DNA of 64,000 bases from Antedon mediterranea (Eukaryota; Animalia; Echinodermata): NCBI RefSeq assembly GCF_964355755.1, contig NC_092670.1:32414388-32478387 (forward strand), given 5' to 3'. The translations under genes were made by a program, and so were the position numbers. A model generated the notes under the pieces. It made no database searches and had not been told where the DNA came from. It saw nothing but the letters and a program-made list of their open reading frames with translations. Shown here in pieces: positions 48,783 through 62,771 of the stretch; the first letter of the stretch is position 1, and every line of letters begins with the position of its first letter.

Positions 48783-51659
48783 ACGTTGATTGGAATGTAC
48801 AAATAAAGACGATGTCTTAAAGAGGCCTGTCTGATTTACTAGATGTTTCTAAACAAAGACAAGTAATACGCAGAAAGATGGTTTACAAAAAAAAAAAACA
48901 AGGAGTTACGATATTTGTATGGGGAAGAAAGAAGGGAAGAATAATACAACGAAATGTAATAGTCCTCTAATGCAGCATGATTGTAGGCCAATATGTTGCA
49001 ACAAATTGTATATAAACGTGACATTGATGACCCAAAAATACAAAAATGTATACAGTGAACATTTTCTAATAATCGTTTTTCTATACATTTTTTGTGAGAA
49101 TTGTGTAATTTGAAATGTTCAACTTAGAGTACTAAAACATAACGTAGAAACGTGTCAATAGACAATCCACTAGTGACACTCTGGACATACGTAGTGGCTT
49201 TGTATCGGAAGCAAATTATAAATAAGGCCTTAATCGTCAAAATAGATACTTCATTAAACTAAACAAAAAGCCAGTAACCTAGAAATGTATATTTAATCAT
49301 GTGTAACAAAACAATTTATTGTTAAAATACTAAAGCATGACTGAGAAAATAATTCGAATTTCATTGTTTTTCTCAGACCAGATCATGCCGTGTTTTTGTT
49401 GTTTGATGCATGGATATAATGTATTGTGATAATTCTAATTAATTAAACGTTTGGTTTTTCTATAGGCCTAACGCCATGAGATGCGAACTCTGTTCGAGGT
49501 TATACTTATGAACTGATTTATGTAAATGAATATACGTATGATAATAAAAACCAGCTGTCACGATGCAATGGCATTCGAACTAATCAGCATAATGAAAATA
49601 TATTTTTTAATAGGTAATTATTGTGGTTTAATTATTGAATAAAGCAAGAAAGTTTAAATATACATCGAAATTAAGTGTAGGCCTACATAAAGTAATATTA
49701 TTTATTAATACTTTTATGGATCTACGTTTGAATTTGAGTGAAGAAATATTTTTAAAAATGATAAAATCTACAACGAGGTAGCCAAGTTACACAAAGGCAA
49801 TGCATGTATGTCAATTGAAACGAGTCAACGACAGTAATCAATAATTAAGACGGTTAGCAAAGAAAGTAACAAATAAGTAGGCATAATAGCCTACGCGACT
49901 ATCAAGTTACAGTTCCGGTAGATGGCCAGCGGGAAATACCCTACCTACCACCAACTTGCTGTAGATGCACATGTACACTGTACTATATGGAACTATGTCT
50001 GTGTTCATTAATTATAACGAGGAATGAAAAGGTTATAATTTCGGTCAGCAGGCGCTCTACGGAATCCATCCAATCTCAATGATATTGTGAAAAATTGGAA
50101 TAACAGTACTAAACCCTAGTATCTTAAAACTTGCATTCTTCACAGACTATCTCGTACGTTTGTACAGTATTTGTTGTTCAATACCGTACAATACCGCTGT
50201 TTACAAAGGCATTGGTAAGTAGTATACAATTACTTTTGTCCGTATTCTTAGATCTTTTTACTGCTTCCAATGTTTATTATTACTGTTTAGGCCTAAAGAA
50301 GCGCTAACAAATATTAGTATTTTGATCTCTTGCAAGTTTCATGGTTTTCGAGTTTGAAAAGAAGACTTTAGCAATCGTTGTTAAATCGGAGCAATTATTA
50401 TAGACATAATGAATTAAGTAACATACAGGATTTCCGGAATCCCGGGAGATGAATTAAAAATGTGGAGTCATGGAACCTGCTCATGCGTGTTATCAAACAA
50501 TTATTGTATCAAGCCCACAACCCCTGTGTCAAATGTTGCGATGTTGTTTGATTTTTAAAGGATTGTCTATGGATTATCAGCGATGAGAATATAGACCGTA
50601 CAATTGACAACTGATATTTTTTAAGGTAAGTTATAATTATATTGGGAGAAATCGTCGAAAATTGTACTGGAACTATAATTAATACTGTTTATAATATAAT
50701 GGTATTCCTTTATCGTATTACCATTAGGCCCACTACAATATGCATAAAATGGAAATTAATTGCAGCCCCTCTTTTGGGACACCTCTACTCTGAGGAAATG
50801 AACGAGGAGAAATATATGTTTACCACTATGGTAAACCCCATATTCAAAGACACCTCTATTAAGATGAAACTCTGTTGGGCCTGAAGGTGCCATTTGATAG
50901 ATAGCGGTACTGTAAAACAGCTTGTTTGCAAAGCTAATTTCCCTATTTTCAATTTCTTTTATTTACGAAATATTTCATCCATATCAAAAAATGTACAAAC
51001 TGAAAAAGAAAATTCGCAAACTCTAAGCTTAGATATATAGAATCCTTCTCCATCTACAATACATTTTTGAGTTATTATATGGGCCCAGCATGTTTGAAAA
51101 CACAAGCAAGAAGAATATTACAGCTATTCATTAATTTTGCCAATGTAGTACTAACGTGATACGTTGAGACAGAAAGGCGAGAGTTTTCGTAAGCACGTCT
51201 TGTGGACTCTTGGTTCCCCTTTGTACGCAATGCAAGTGCACCGAAAGTAATCTGGCCAATCACGATCCGTGGATCATCCAAACTGTTGTTTGTGATTGGT
51301 CAAATTATTTGTGCTGCGTCCAAGTGGGAACCAAACAAAATTATTAATCGTTTATCAAAACGATCATTAGAACGTGTTGTCTAGAACTAAATCATTAAAC
51401 AAAACATGAATACAGTATATACATATTATTTTTTTATTTATTTAAAAATGTTATTTCAGACACATCCAACAGTACATAACTGATCAATTACATGACGGAT
51501 AAACTTGACCGTGCTTATAAACTAAGACTTATTTGAGGCTCAGAGAGTAGAGTAGAAACAGCCATGAGTTACAACCCTGGAATGATCAAACTTATCCAAA
51601 ATATGCTCACAGAGTATCTATATCCACAGATACTTGTCCTTTGCTTGTGTATAGTAGGC

Positions 51660-53281
51660 CTACTTTATAAACACTGGTAATTCTGATTCTTCAATCCCGA
51701 TCGCTCCCAGTATACTCTTTGCTAAATCTATTTCGGGTTGAGTGTTCACTTTTCTTTCATTAGCTTGTTTTAATAGGCAACTACATATTTCACCATCTGA
51801 AGATGTCTGGTCATCTAGGCAACTCTCATGGTTTTCTCCCTTAGTGTGCTTCTTCAAACAAGTGCATACATTATCACCTGATAAATCAATAGATGATTCG
51901 TTATTCTGATTAACTATCTCACTTCTATCTTGTTTGTTTATTGTCTTTTCTTTTGTTTTCAATTGTTTAATTTGTTCTAAATGTTGATTAGCCTTTTCAA
52001 TTAGTGTTGCTACTTTTGAATCACTCTCAAATGGTGAGGATCCGTATAGTTGGTCACTTGTTGACACTGCACTGTGGAAAATATTGAAAAGAAATTCAAT
52101 CATTTTATAAACACTGATTGCAAGGAGAATAAAGCTCTGTCCACACTATCAAACTAGTTTGACAAAAAAAGTGTGATGTGCCCAAATATGGTAGTGGTAT
52201 GAGCACACGGTAGTGATATGACATCATCATGTCCATATATGGGCACATCACATTTTTTGTCACATAAAGTTTTATAGTGTAGACAGGGCTTAATAATGCT
52301 CCTCTCTTTGACAGCTAAAATGAAATTCTAAACTACTTTTTTTATTTATATCTTGACAGACTATTAATATTATATTTTAGCGCTCTCCTATTTGAAAAAT
52401 GCTGGCTCTACAAACAAGCTTTTTAAAAATTACTATTTTAAAGGGAGTAATGCAGTGTGTTTGCTAAGACCAACTCTTTATTGCCTAATAGTAATACTCT
52501 TCAATACTCTACAACTGCGACCATTATTACTAAAACCTTCTCCCAAGCTGATCTTTAATTTTGACGAGCTCTTCCCTCCTCAACCTCTATCTACACATTG
52601 AGTGATACTCGAGTTAGAGTTTTTCAATTACACAATCAAGGTCAAGATAAAGCAGCTCTCTCCCTTTTGATTTTGCATGGGTAATGGATAAATTAAAATA
52701 ATGACTATAATTGTAGACCAAACTGACTGACCAGTTTCATGGTCTTTTATTGTAGGATTTTCCATCTTTAGTACCACAATAAATTTCCTTTTAGCTAAAC
52801 TTTACTGCAACATAGTTTAACCAGCCCACCATCTAGTAAAAACTCTCTAAGCCGGCTATTAATGCACTTATTCTCCATTGATTACATGATTGATGTACAT
52901 CAAAATGACATGATGACCTAGTGATTAGTAAAGTTAATACCTCAGTATCCCCTTTAGAAACCCTTGATAAAGACCATGAATTGAGGCCTGGTTGAAGCCT
53001 GCATTAAACCCCTCTTGTACCGCTTCTTGTTCGCCCTTCACAACACCCTCAGCGTACCCAAACTGAAAAAAAGTGATTGAAATTGCAAGATTCGACTATG
53101 GTGCCTATACAATTCTTTTTCTGTAAACATTTTTAAAAGAATAATTTTATAAATATAAATTTCACATACAATTCATTATTTGAATGATTGAATATTACAA
53201 TTGAGAACAAACCTTAAATCGTTCATTTGTCATCTTATCCCAGTTGCTAGGCGTGTCTAAGTCTTCCTCCCAAATATCCAT
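51660..53281 (-). CDS. YAE1: YAE1 homolog (Yae1_N domain; ABCE1 Fe-S maturation factor), about 200 aa
   Basis: Exons 53281-53213, 53062-52941 and 52071-51660. MDIWEED..WDKMTNERFK|FGYAEGVVKGEQEAVQEGFNAGFNQASIHGLYQGFLKGILS is the GX3-repeat Yae1 signature. Confidence 0.8.
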
Positions 53282-53592
53282 GCTTCATTAAAGTAAGCTT
53301 TAATCTGACACCATACAAAATAATGTATACATTTAAAAATAGTATTTTGTTTAGTCCAATCCAATCAATTCTAACTATGATCTATTCTATAGGCTATAGT
53401 AGGGCTAGTTAGGATAGATGCGTAACAGTAGTACTAGTAGGCTGCTTCCAGCATTTATTTATTTATTTATTCTTTCTTTTGACTGGATTGCATTTTCAGT
53501 AACGCAGACCAGTACTGCTTTCCAAAATGGTCCAGTTACAAGTTTAAAAGTAAAGAAAAATTATATAAAAAAAAAAAGTACAGAAAGATTAA

Positions 53593-54218
53593 AGCCCCAT
53601 TCCCTACGTTTTTTAGATCTAATTTAAGATCACAAACTATATTTAATGTAAAAATAATACTATATGATCCTATTGCGATAACTTTTTTCGTCTTTAAACG
53701 GTTAAAAATGTGAAAAATAAGTCGATTCTAATAATTATAGCGGCCCGCTATAAATCCCAAAATGCATTGTGCGCGGATTGATATTTTTGTTTTTCACCTG
53801 TAATTCGCCCACTTTTCGATCGATCGTGAGGCCAAAACAAATGGAAGACTCCTAACTTTTCAGCGAAAATACCGGGTTTTCCCCAATTTGTATCAACGGA
53901 GTCTGGCAAAAATAGAAAGACAATTAATGCAGCAACTATACAACGTCAGGCTAGGTATATAGGTAGCGTACGATGTTCGTACGTTACCGATGTTTACCAG
54001 CTAGGCCTACAAAACTAAGCCTAGCTAGGCTAGGCCTAAGACCGTCCACGAGAGGTCGATCGCCGCGAGCTACTTAGGTAGTGCATTGTTTCTCACTTTT
54101 TATCATAATTTACCATAAAACGTACATTTAAGACAAGGAATGACATGGTTTAATGTTTTTAAAGTGATATATATGTATTATTTTCCAAAAAACGTCCAAA
54201 ATTGCAGGGAAGGGGTCT
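53593..54218. mobile_element. Kolobok-like MITE (TTAA flanks, AG...CT ends)
   Basis: ttaa|agccccattccctacg at the left and gcagggaaggggtct|ttaa at the right form an imperfect TIR. Confidence 0.5.
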
Positions 54219-54636
54219 TTAAAGTATAGGCTAGTAGGCCTAATTTATATATACATGATTTATATACAGAACAGTTAAAAACAAATTTACTGCATAAAAA
54301 AAATGTAGGATCACTTAGATGACATTAGAGTTGCTATATAATAATATATTCCCAGTTACTTTTTATTCACAATTAAGGTATGTGAACAAATCAAAATAAA
54401 TACTAAATTATAGGCCTACTAATACTATTTATTATACTAGCCTATACTAGTATACTAGCTAGTTTAGTTAGTATACTGTACATCGCCTAGGCTACTTAAT
54501 ATAGGCATAGTGGGGTCTATAGACTATAGCCTGCTGGATGGATCCCTCTTTTTTAGCATGCTAATCGTCTTATATCGTGTATGTAGGCCTAGCCTAGCTA
54601 GCTAGGCCTAGGTAGGGCCTTCTGTCTAGCTAAAGA

Positions 54637-55943
54637 GCCCGATCGTCATACCAGTTTGGCCCGATCGTCCAGTGTTTTCAGAACCACGTTGGACCCAATC
54701 GTCTTAGCTGTTATATAAAATAATGTGCCACATTTTATCATTTTTCATTCCTAGTGCTTAGTGTCAACGTGATTTTCTTGCGTAATTAAGATTTTAATTA
54801 AAAGGTTATAAAGTAGATTTTTTCTGATTTTATCATAATTTCCCTAATTAACACAACTGGTTTTAAGAATTTCTTACCAATACTCTCGATTTATGAATAA
54901 ATGTGATTGATTTTGATTGTTATTGTGTTGTTTGTATTCGCGTATTTATTTATTTTTTATTTTCCGAGAATGTTTTGGGTCCGATCGTCTTGTTTGTTGG
55001 GCCCGATCGTCTTTCACCCTTGATGGGCCCGATCGTCTCACGATTTGGGCCCGATCGTCTTGAAGTGGGCCTGTCACACCAAAATCAGTCCGGGCCAAAA
55101 TCGGTCCGGCGGACCAGTTTTGGCTGCCAAAATCAGTCCGAGGGACCACTTATGGCTGCCAAAACCTGTCCGGCCGGACCAATTTTGGCCGCCAAAACTG
55201 GTCCGGCCTGGATAAAATCGGTCCGGGCAGTAGGATTGTTTTTGGCCGCCAAATATGGTCCGGTCTTACAAATATATGGTGCGCAAAATGAGTCATAATG
55301 TATATATCATTAAAAAAAGGCCATGATTAGTCATTATTATAGTAGTAACTCATCAATAATTAGTACTAATATTTAGGCTTTTTGTATACAATATGTATCT
55401 CTGCCTGTTTTTAATCCATTTTTTAACATCTTCGTTTCCCCATGATGTTAAAAACAATTTAATTTATTAATTAATTATGGTTAATCAATCAATATATCAA
55501 TTCAATACAATTATTATAAAACAATTATCCAATATTGATTAGGCTGAGGAAGGAAAAAGGCCTCAATCATAAATAAAATCTAGCTGGCAATATCAGCGTC
55601 TCATACCCGTTCGTGTGAGTGTGTGGCAGGCCGAAATATGAGTGAACACCTAAGTCATGTTTTTAGATAAAATACATTTATTTATAGTATTTATCCGACA
55701 AGATAACTTACTAATATATATCATGGGATATTTTTCTAGCCATAAACAACTTAAAACAGCATCATAGGCCTAGTAATTCAATTAAAATCGACAGAAGAAA
55801 AGCCCGGACCGATTTTGGCAGTGGCGGACTGCTTTTGGCCACAATTTTAGAGCCAAAACTGGTCCGGCCGGACCGATTTTGGCCCCGGACCATATTTATC
55901 GTGACAGGCCCGATCGTCCGTTGGCCCGATCGTCTGATAACCG
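54637..55943. mobile_element. ggcccgatcgtc-repeat MITE interrupted by a second MITE
   Basis: ggcccgatcgtc units at 54637-54703, 54977-55060 and 55908-55935. Confidence 0.65.
55071..55907. mobile_element. Nested MITE with CTGTCAC...GTGACAG ends and 2-bp GC TSD
   Basis: gggc|ctgtcac...gtgacag|gcccgatcgtc; inverted subterminal ccaaaatcggtccgg and ggaccgattttgg repeats. Confidence 0.8.
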
Positions 55944-56799
55944 TAGGAGGTAGTACTACTGCTCTAGGCTAGGCCTACCTAGAGTAGGTAGTAGTAGTAG
56001 GCCTACTAGTAGGGGCCTAGCCTATAATATGCCTCATATATACTATTTAGTATTATATACGGATTAGGCCTATAATACAAAATAAATGTAAAAAGCCTTT
56101 CTTCAACATCTTAATTCCACAATACTGTGATATACTTTATTTATATTTACCTAGGCCTAGGCCTAGGCCTATATACAGTAGTAAACTTGGCAGAGCCTAT
56201 GCGCTAGGCCTTCTTATTTGGACACACGTTCGTGATGGAGGATGATGACATGATGACACACACGACGAATGTGTAAACATACAATTCTGACAAATTTGCG
56301 GCCCGCCACGATAAAAAATATTGATAGAAGAAATTTTCCGCTATTTCACATGGTATAAAATTCTGAATGAACATGTCATGTGTTGTACGTGTGAAAAAGA
56401 ACAGATTGAACCCAAGCATTAAGTCTTCAATTGTGTTTTGAGGATTTAACTGGTAATGACATTGATTTTAAAAATAACATTTTCATGACGGATAAAGTAA
56501 TAAAACTACTGTAACCCTAACTAAGCTGTAGGCATATTAAGATATACTAGCTAGGGCTAGGTTTCTAGGCCTAGCCTAGGCCTAGGCCTAGCTAGGCCTA
56601 GGCCGATCCTAATATAGGCCTAGCTAGGCCTCTCTCTAGACTAGGCCTAGGCCTAGGCGCGGCCTAGTATTATTAGAGTAGGAGGCCTAGGCCTAGCCTA
56701 GCTAGGCGGCGCTACTATATTTTCGCACCTAGCCTATTATTAAGCATAATACTTCAAAGTCACTCATCATCAACGGTGAGCAGCTGGTGAATGTTTTTA

Positions 56800-57564
56800 C
56801 GCCGTGGTTAGGATTCCGGCACCGGAACTCAACTGCCCACTGTTAGGGAATCCGACACGCTATTGCGCATGCCCAGAGCTCTGGGAAGTGAATTATAGCT
56901 TGCACTTTTTAGTGCCACACACACGTCGTACCACCGAGAGTCGGAGTGTTAAATAGGGATTTACTGTAGCCCTAGATAGTCGTTGCGTGGGGGGAGCGAG
57001 CGATGGATGAAACTTGGCCTATGCCATACATGAATTAATAATTAAAATACGACTACGCCACGCGATAAAATAATTATAATGATATTAATAAGAATCAGTA
57101 TCTATCTAAGAATCGTAATGCTGTTTTTAGCGTTGCGACCCTGACTTCCCGAACAGTTTTTTGACATCCACGCGGTGGCTGCCGTCAACAAATCAACTTG
57201 TGATTGCATGTTGTTATGTACAGTAAAATGCGTTTTGAAAAATCATAAAACTAGTCATGTAATTATATAATTCATAATGATATGAAGTATATATGAATGA
57301 AGCAACCACTTTTTAATTACAAAATAAATAGGCCCACTGGTCACGTCTAACTGGTAGCCCTAGCCTAGATTAGTGGATCCCTTATTATAGTATTAGTAGG
57401 CACCTAGGCTAGTGTTCGCCGTGTGGCGCAGCTATGAAATGATCCATCATCGCTGTTGACAAGTATAGAGTCGCCGATTACCTCGCTCTGGGCATGCGCA
57501 ATAGCGTGTCGGATTCCCTAACGCTGGGCAGTTGAGTTCCGGTGCCGGAATCCTAACCACGGCG
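56800..57564. mobile_element. Mutator (MULE)-like non-autonomous element, 80-bp TIR, 9-bp TSD
   Basis: TIRs 56800-56879 and 57485-57564 are nearly perfect; TSD atgttttta at 56791-56799 and 57565-57573. Confidence 0.9.
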
Positions 57565-59299
57565 ATGTTTTTAATTTGGGTTAAAGTGCAGTACACTTGA
57601 TCAACAAATGTTACAATATAGAATACATGTTTACTTTGTACAGTATTTGTATTATAAAATAAAAGGAAGGCGTCTCAAAAATCATCGTGCTTTTTTTTTA
57701 GCCTAAAATAAAAATAAAAGTTAACAGATTTTCAGTGGAAAAATACAAGACAGGTGCGAAAGTACAGTATACTAACTAGGAATATTAGCAAACATATTAG
57801 ACTACAACAGTCACTATTTACATTTGATTTTTGAGATTTCCTTTGTACAGTAAATTATCTCCTCCATTCCATGTAATGTATAGTCAGGGGAAAATGGCAA
57901 AAGGCTTCCTACTTCTAGGAGTTTTATAAGGTTAAGTTATCAGATAAAATCTAGATTGTTTTTGACAACTCTTGTAACATGACCACAGTGCTGATTTTGC
58001 CATTTTTAGGAATTATGGATGAATCTTGGAAAAGTTGATTCCCGCTTTAAAAATTACACGTCAACAATTAAATCCCTAACATTCCTACACATCCATAAAT
58101 ATGTAGTAAGTAAACAAGTTATTTTGTTTTTATTATTTTAAGGAACATTTAATTATTTATATGTACTGTACTGTTGCATGAACGCAAAATTTACCAGAGC
58201 GTGATCAGCATCTACTGTACTACAAAAGCTCACAATTGACCTTATTCATAAACTTAATTTATTGACTAAATGAGTTCTTCATTGTGTTACTGCTAGATTC
58301 TATATCAGCACATGAATTGTATAAAAAATATTGAATATTGGAGGAATTAAATATAAATTTAATAATATAATTAGGATATTTTCATCAGTTTAAACATTGC
58401 TTTTTCAAATGATGATTACAGCGTTGAAATTGTTTAATTGAAATATTCTTCTTATTCAAAGAATACAAAACATTCATAATTTGTAATTTAAACTTGTAAA
58501 TTGAATTACTTTATTGTTTTATCAAAGTCTAGACCATACTGTACATAAAGACATATTTTGAAAGTGGGGTAGAACCACTGTAGATGGCGTACACTACAGG
58601 GTGTTTTGCAATGTGTAACATTCTTAAATTGCACACATTTAAAGAAGAAGTTTTACAAAATCTGAACATACTGTAATACTGAGCAGCGCATGATATAAAA
58701 ATATTGTAGAATGCGTCAAATTTGTGAGCATGTGCAGATGTCTGACTACGTTCTAATGATTTGCATTAAATCAAAAGCTTATTTCCTTACTTACATTTTG
58801 ACATCTATTCTAAATATTTAGCTTACATTCATACAGTACACATGCTCTCATTCTTTCATGCTTTATATTATCCATTGTTATTATTATTAATCTTTGCGTG
58901 GCAAGTTTTATTTCATCTAAAAAGTGTAGTCTATTATTCAGCCTCAGTTTAACTATGGAAAATGATAGATCCTCAATAGATCCACAGCAGCCACAGTGCA
59001 ATGTCTAAATTGACTAGCACAATCACAAGATGATCCCATACTCCTAGTAGGGCCCGGTATCGCCCAAAAGTTGTTTTATAATATAAAATGTTATCAAGTA
59101 CTGTACATGCTATTAATATTATATTTAATTTTATTGTAATATTTAATTGTACGTTTTTTTTACATTTGTACATTTTTAATGTAAAGAACTTCGGATTTTG
59201 TTTATTCCAAATTGAAGACCAACCTCTATGATAAGTGATGTTTGTTGTTGTTGACGCGTTGACAAATGAAATTACTGTCATTATTTTATATCATAAAAA

Positions 59300-59687
59300 C
59301 CCTACCAGGCAATACCGGGCCTCTACCAGGCGATACCGGGCCCCTACCAGGTGAGACCGGGCCCCTTCCAGGTGAGACCGGGCCCCTACCAGGCAATACC
59401 GGGTCCCTACCATGTGATATCGAACCCTACCATGTGATATCGAACCCTACCAGGCGATACTGGGCCCCTACCAGGTGATACCGGACCCATACCAAGTGAG
59501 ACCGGGCCCCTACCAGGTGATATCGGGCCCCTACCAGGTGATATCGGGCCCCTACCAGGCGATACCGGGCCCCTACCAGGCGATACCGGGCCCCTACCAG
59601 GTGATACCGGGCCCCTACCAGGTGATACCGAGCCCCTACCAGGTGATACCGAGCCCCTACCAAGTGAGACCGGGCCCCTACCAGGCA
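59300..59687. repeat. GC-rich 21-bp minisatellite, about 18 units
   Basis: ccctaccagg(c/t)gataccgggc repeats; one inverted unit at about 59046-59064. Confidence 0.95.
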
Positions 59688-61603
59688 ATTTTTGATACAT
59701 TGTAAATTTTTGATTAACTAGTTTAATGCTTAGATTACATAACTTTTTTTACATCTGATCTTATCACCATTTGTGTGTCAATGTGCATGTTTGTTTTTGA
59801 CACCATTGATGTGGTGGAATGCTATTTCTCAAAATGTAATGGAATTTTGTATGATTTTTCTTTTCTTATTCTATATTTTCTTTTTTCTATTCTTTATATT
59901 AGTGGAAAAATAAATCTTGAAAACTAACATGTTCAATTCTATACTTTTTTTAGGCAAGGTGTTTGCATCTTTTTATTAACAATTTAGCTCAGTAAAATTG
60001 ATTTAATGGTATTAAATTACACCAAACCAATTTATCCATTGGTGGGTGATAAATTCATTTTTCATTAAATTCATCAAACATCAGCAATGGGTGTCAGCAC
60101 AAGTAGGGGCTGCATCACCAGGAAAAGTTTCCCCAGTGTTGTTACATAATTGCATTATCTTTAGAAAGAATACAGTATAGTAAATATATAAACATATCTC
60201 GCTACTCGCAAAATGATGGATTTTATCTAACTGGCATTCTGGGAAATTCCTGCATAAGTAAGGGGACCATGTCAAAATTATTATTTTATTTAACTTGTTA
60301 AATACAATTACTTTATCAAACTATTTGTAAACTATTATATATTAAAGATTAATAGAATAATTTTGACATTATGGCCGCCTTAAAATAGGATGGTTATTCT
60401 TTACAGTAGGTCGAAAACTTATGATAGGACTGGGATTCACATGTATACCACATGAACAGATACATATCTATCTACCTTATACTATAGTGTGAGGTTCAAG
60501 TACAATACTGTTTTACTACAGTCAGTTCTTTTGTCTGTAGACATTTTGTTATTGTAAATGTGTTTTCCTTTAAAGGTTGGTATTCGTAGGACTATAAAAT
60601 TCTATAAAAAAAGTATTTTTTAATCGTTATAAATGGACCGGGCCCCTACCAGGCAATTTTTGATACATTGTAAATTTTTGATTAACTAGTTTAATGCTTA
60701 GATTATATAACTTTTTTTACATCTGATCTTATCACCATTTGTGTGTCAATGTGCATGTTTGTTTTTGACACCATTGATGTGGTGGAATGCTATTTCTCAA
60801 AATGTAATGGAATTTTGTATGATTTTTCTTTTCTTATTCTATATTTTCTTTTTTCTATTCTTTATATTAGTGGAAAAATAAATCTTGAAAACTAACATGT
60901 TCAATTCTATACTTTTTTTAGGCAAGGTGTTTGCATCTTTTTATTAACAATTTAGCTCAGTAAAATTGATTTAATGGTATTAAATTACACCAAACCAATT
61001 TATCAATTGGTGGGTGATAAATTCATTTTTCATTAAATTCATCAAACATCAGCAATGGGTGTCAGCACAAGTAGGGGCTGCATCACCAGGAAAAGTTTCC
61101 CCAGTGTTGTTACATAATTGCATTATCTTTAGAAAGAATACAGTATAGTAAATATATAAACATATCTCGCTACTCGCAAAATGATGGATTTTATCTAACT
61201 GGCATTCTGGGAAATTCCTGCATAAGTAAGGGGACCATGTCAAAATTATTATTTTATTTAACTTGTTAAATACAATTACTTTATCAAACTATTTGTAAAC
61301 TATTATATATTAAAGATTAATAGAATAATTTTGACATTATGGCTGCCTTAAAATAGGATGGTTATTCTTTACAGTAGGTCGACAACTTATGATAGGACTG
61401 GGATTCACATGTATACCACATGAACAGATACATATCTATCTACCTTATACTATAGTGTGAGGTTCAAGTACAATACTGTTTTACTACAGTCAGTTCTTTT
61501 GTCTCTAGACATTTTGTTATTGTAAATGTGTTTTCTTTTAAAGGTTGGTATTCGTAGGACTATAAAATTCTATAAAAAAAGTATTTTTTAATCGTTATAA
61601 ATG
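59668..61603. repeat. 968-bp direct tandem duplication (59668-60635 and 60636-61603)
   Basis: About 6 substitutions seen by eye between the copies; identical ORFs at 60081 and 61049 are offset by 968 bp. Confidence 0.95.
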
Positions 61604-62411
61604 TACAGTATCTGTTTATCAATATTGAAATTCACGTTTTCTTTTTAGAATAGGTATGTTTGGTATTTCTATTTTTTATTACTGTAATGTACAGTAAGTT
61701 TTCACCCTCTGCATATTGTTAGGCCTGATCATGTACCGTATGTATTTGATACTGATCCCATGGATGTGATCTGGTTTTAAATATCAGTATTTTTTTGGCA
61801 GCAGAAACAAGGCCATAAATAGGTTTACCTTGATTAAAGTACACTCGGTGGAAGCCTAGCAGTGATCGTGTTCATAATTCAGAAAAAAAAAAATGTCATA
61901 ATTTTTATTATTTTGCTTGTCATTTTTTCATTCAAATAATTGTAGTGTCCAGTTTCATTCTAGGATCATAGGTTCAAATCATAGCACTTACTCATTATTG
62001 GTGAAACACCATCAGTACTAGCCATGTAGAAGTTTAGAAATTATACTACATTATTTTCTGATCTAGTATTTAATTTAACTACATTTGTCTTTTATGTGTG
62101 TACAGAGTGCTGTATATGTGTGAAATTCCTAAAGTTATATGCTCTTTTATTTAATTATTCATGTTATGTGTATTGCATCGCTGTTATTTACTCTGTTTAC
62201 ACTCATTTAAAAATGTTGTTTTTGTTGGAAGGGTGGATCCTGATTTAGAATGTCTGAAACGGTGGACCGAATAATAGTAGACTTCAAAGGAGCTGCATCT
62301 ACAGTATGCCTCCAAGGTGCTTGCTTGTACATTGACTAAAATTGACCTATTTGAGCTGTTTTATTATTTGTTATTATAGTCAATTATTTGCCAAAAAAAA
62401 TAAAACTCATA

Positions 62412-62530
62412 TTTCATTTTGGCTGTCAAGTTGAGTGGAGTTGTGGCTTGATGGTTATGATTCTTGGGTACCAATCCAAGGGTCCTGGGTTCAAGTCCTG
62501 TCATATGTCAGGATTTTTTCACAAATTGCA
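62412..62530 (+). mobile_element. Degenerate tRNA-derived SINE head
   Basis: gtggcttgatggtt (A-box-like) and gggttcaagtcc (B-box-like), with no acceptor stem. Confidence 0.45.
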
Positions 62531-62771
62531 ACTCCACTACCAAAGACTTGTTATGTTTACATCCTGTGTGTTTGTCAGGATTGCCACCTTTAAGAAGGAT
62601 AGTTAATGAATTCGCTTATGATTATCTTTTGTAATTTGCCTAAATATAAAACAAGAAAAAGAAAGATGGGTGTAGTGATTCTTCCTTAGATCCGCTTCTA
62701 AGAGGTGGAACAATTTTATTATTAGAAAAACATTGTGATGTTTGTTTATCTTCAGTAAACAACTAGCGATA

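Noticed and set aside
57584-57598. aagtg-cagta-cactt hairpin as an iron-responsive element
   Set aside because: The loop is not CAGTGN, there is no bulged C or lower stem, and the site is probably intronic or intergenic.
59266-59705. Collagen-like PGDTGPL and SPGRGPV ORFs
   Set aside because: By-products of a stop-poor 21-bp minisatellite that is open in several frames; no Gly-X-Y periodicity and no exon context.
60081-61243. Two identical 64-aa ORFs
   Set aside because: A consequence of the 968-bp duplication; no evidence of coding function.
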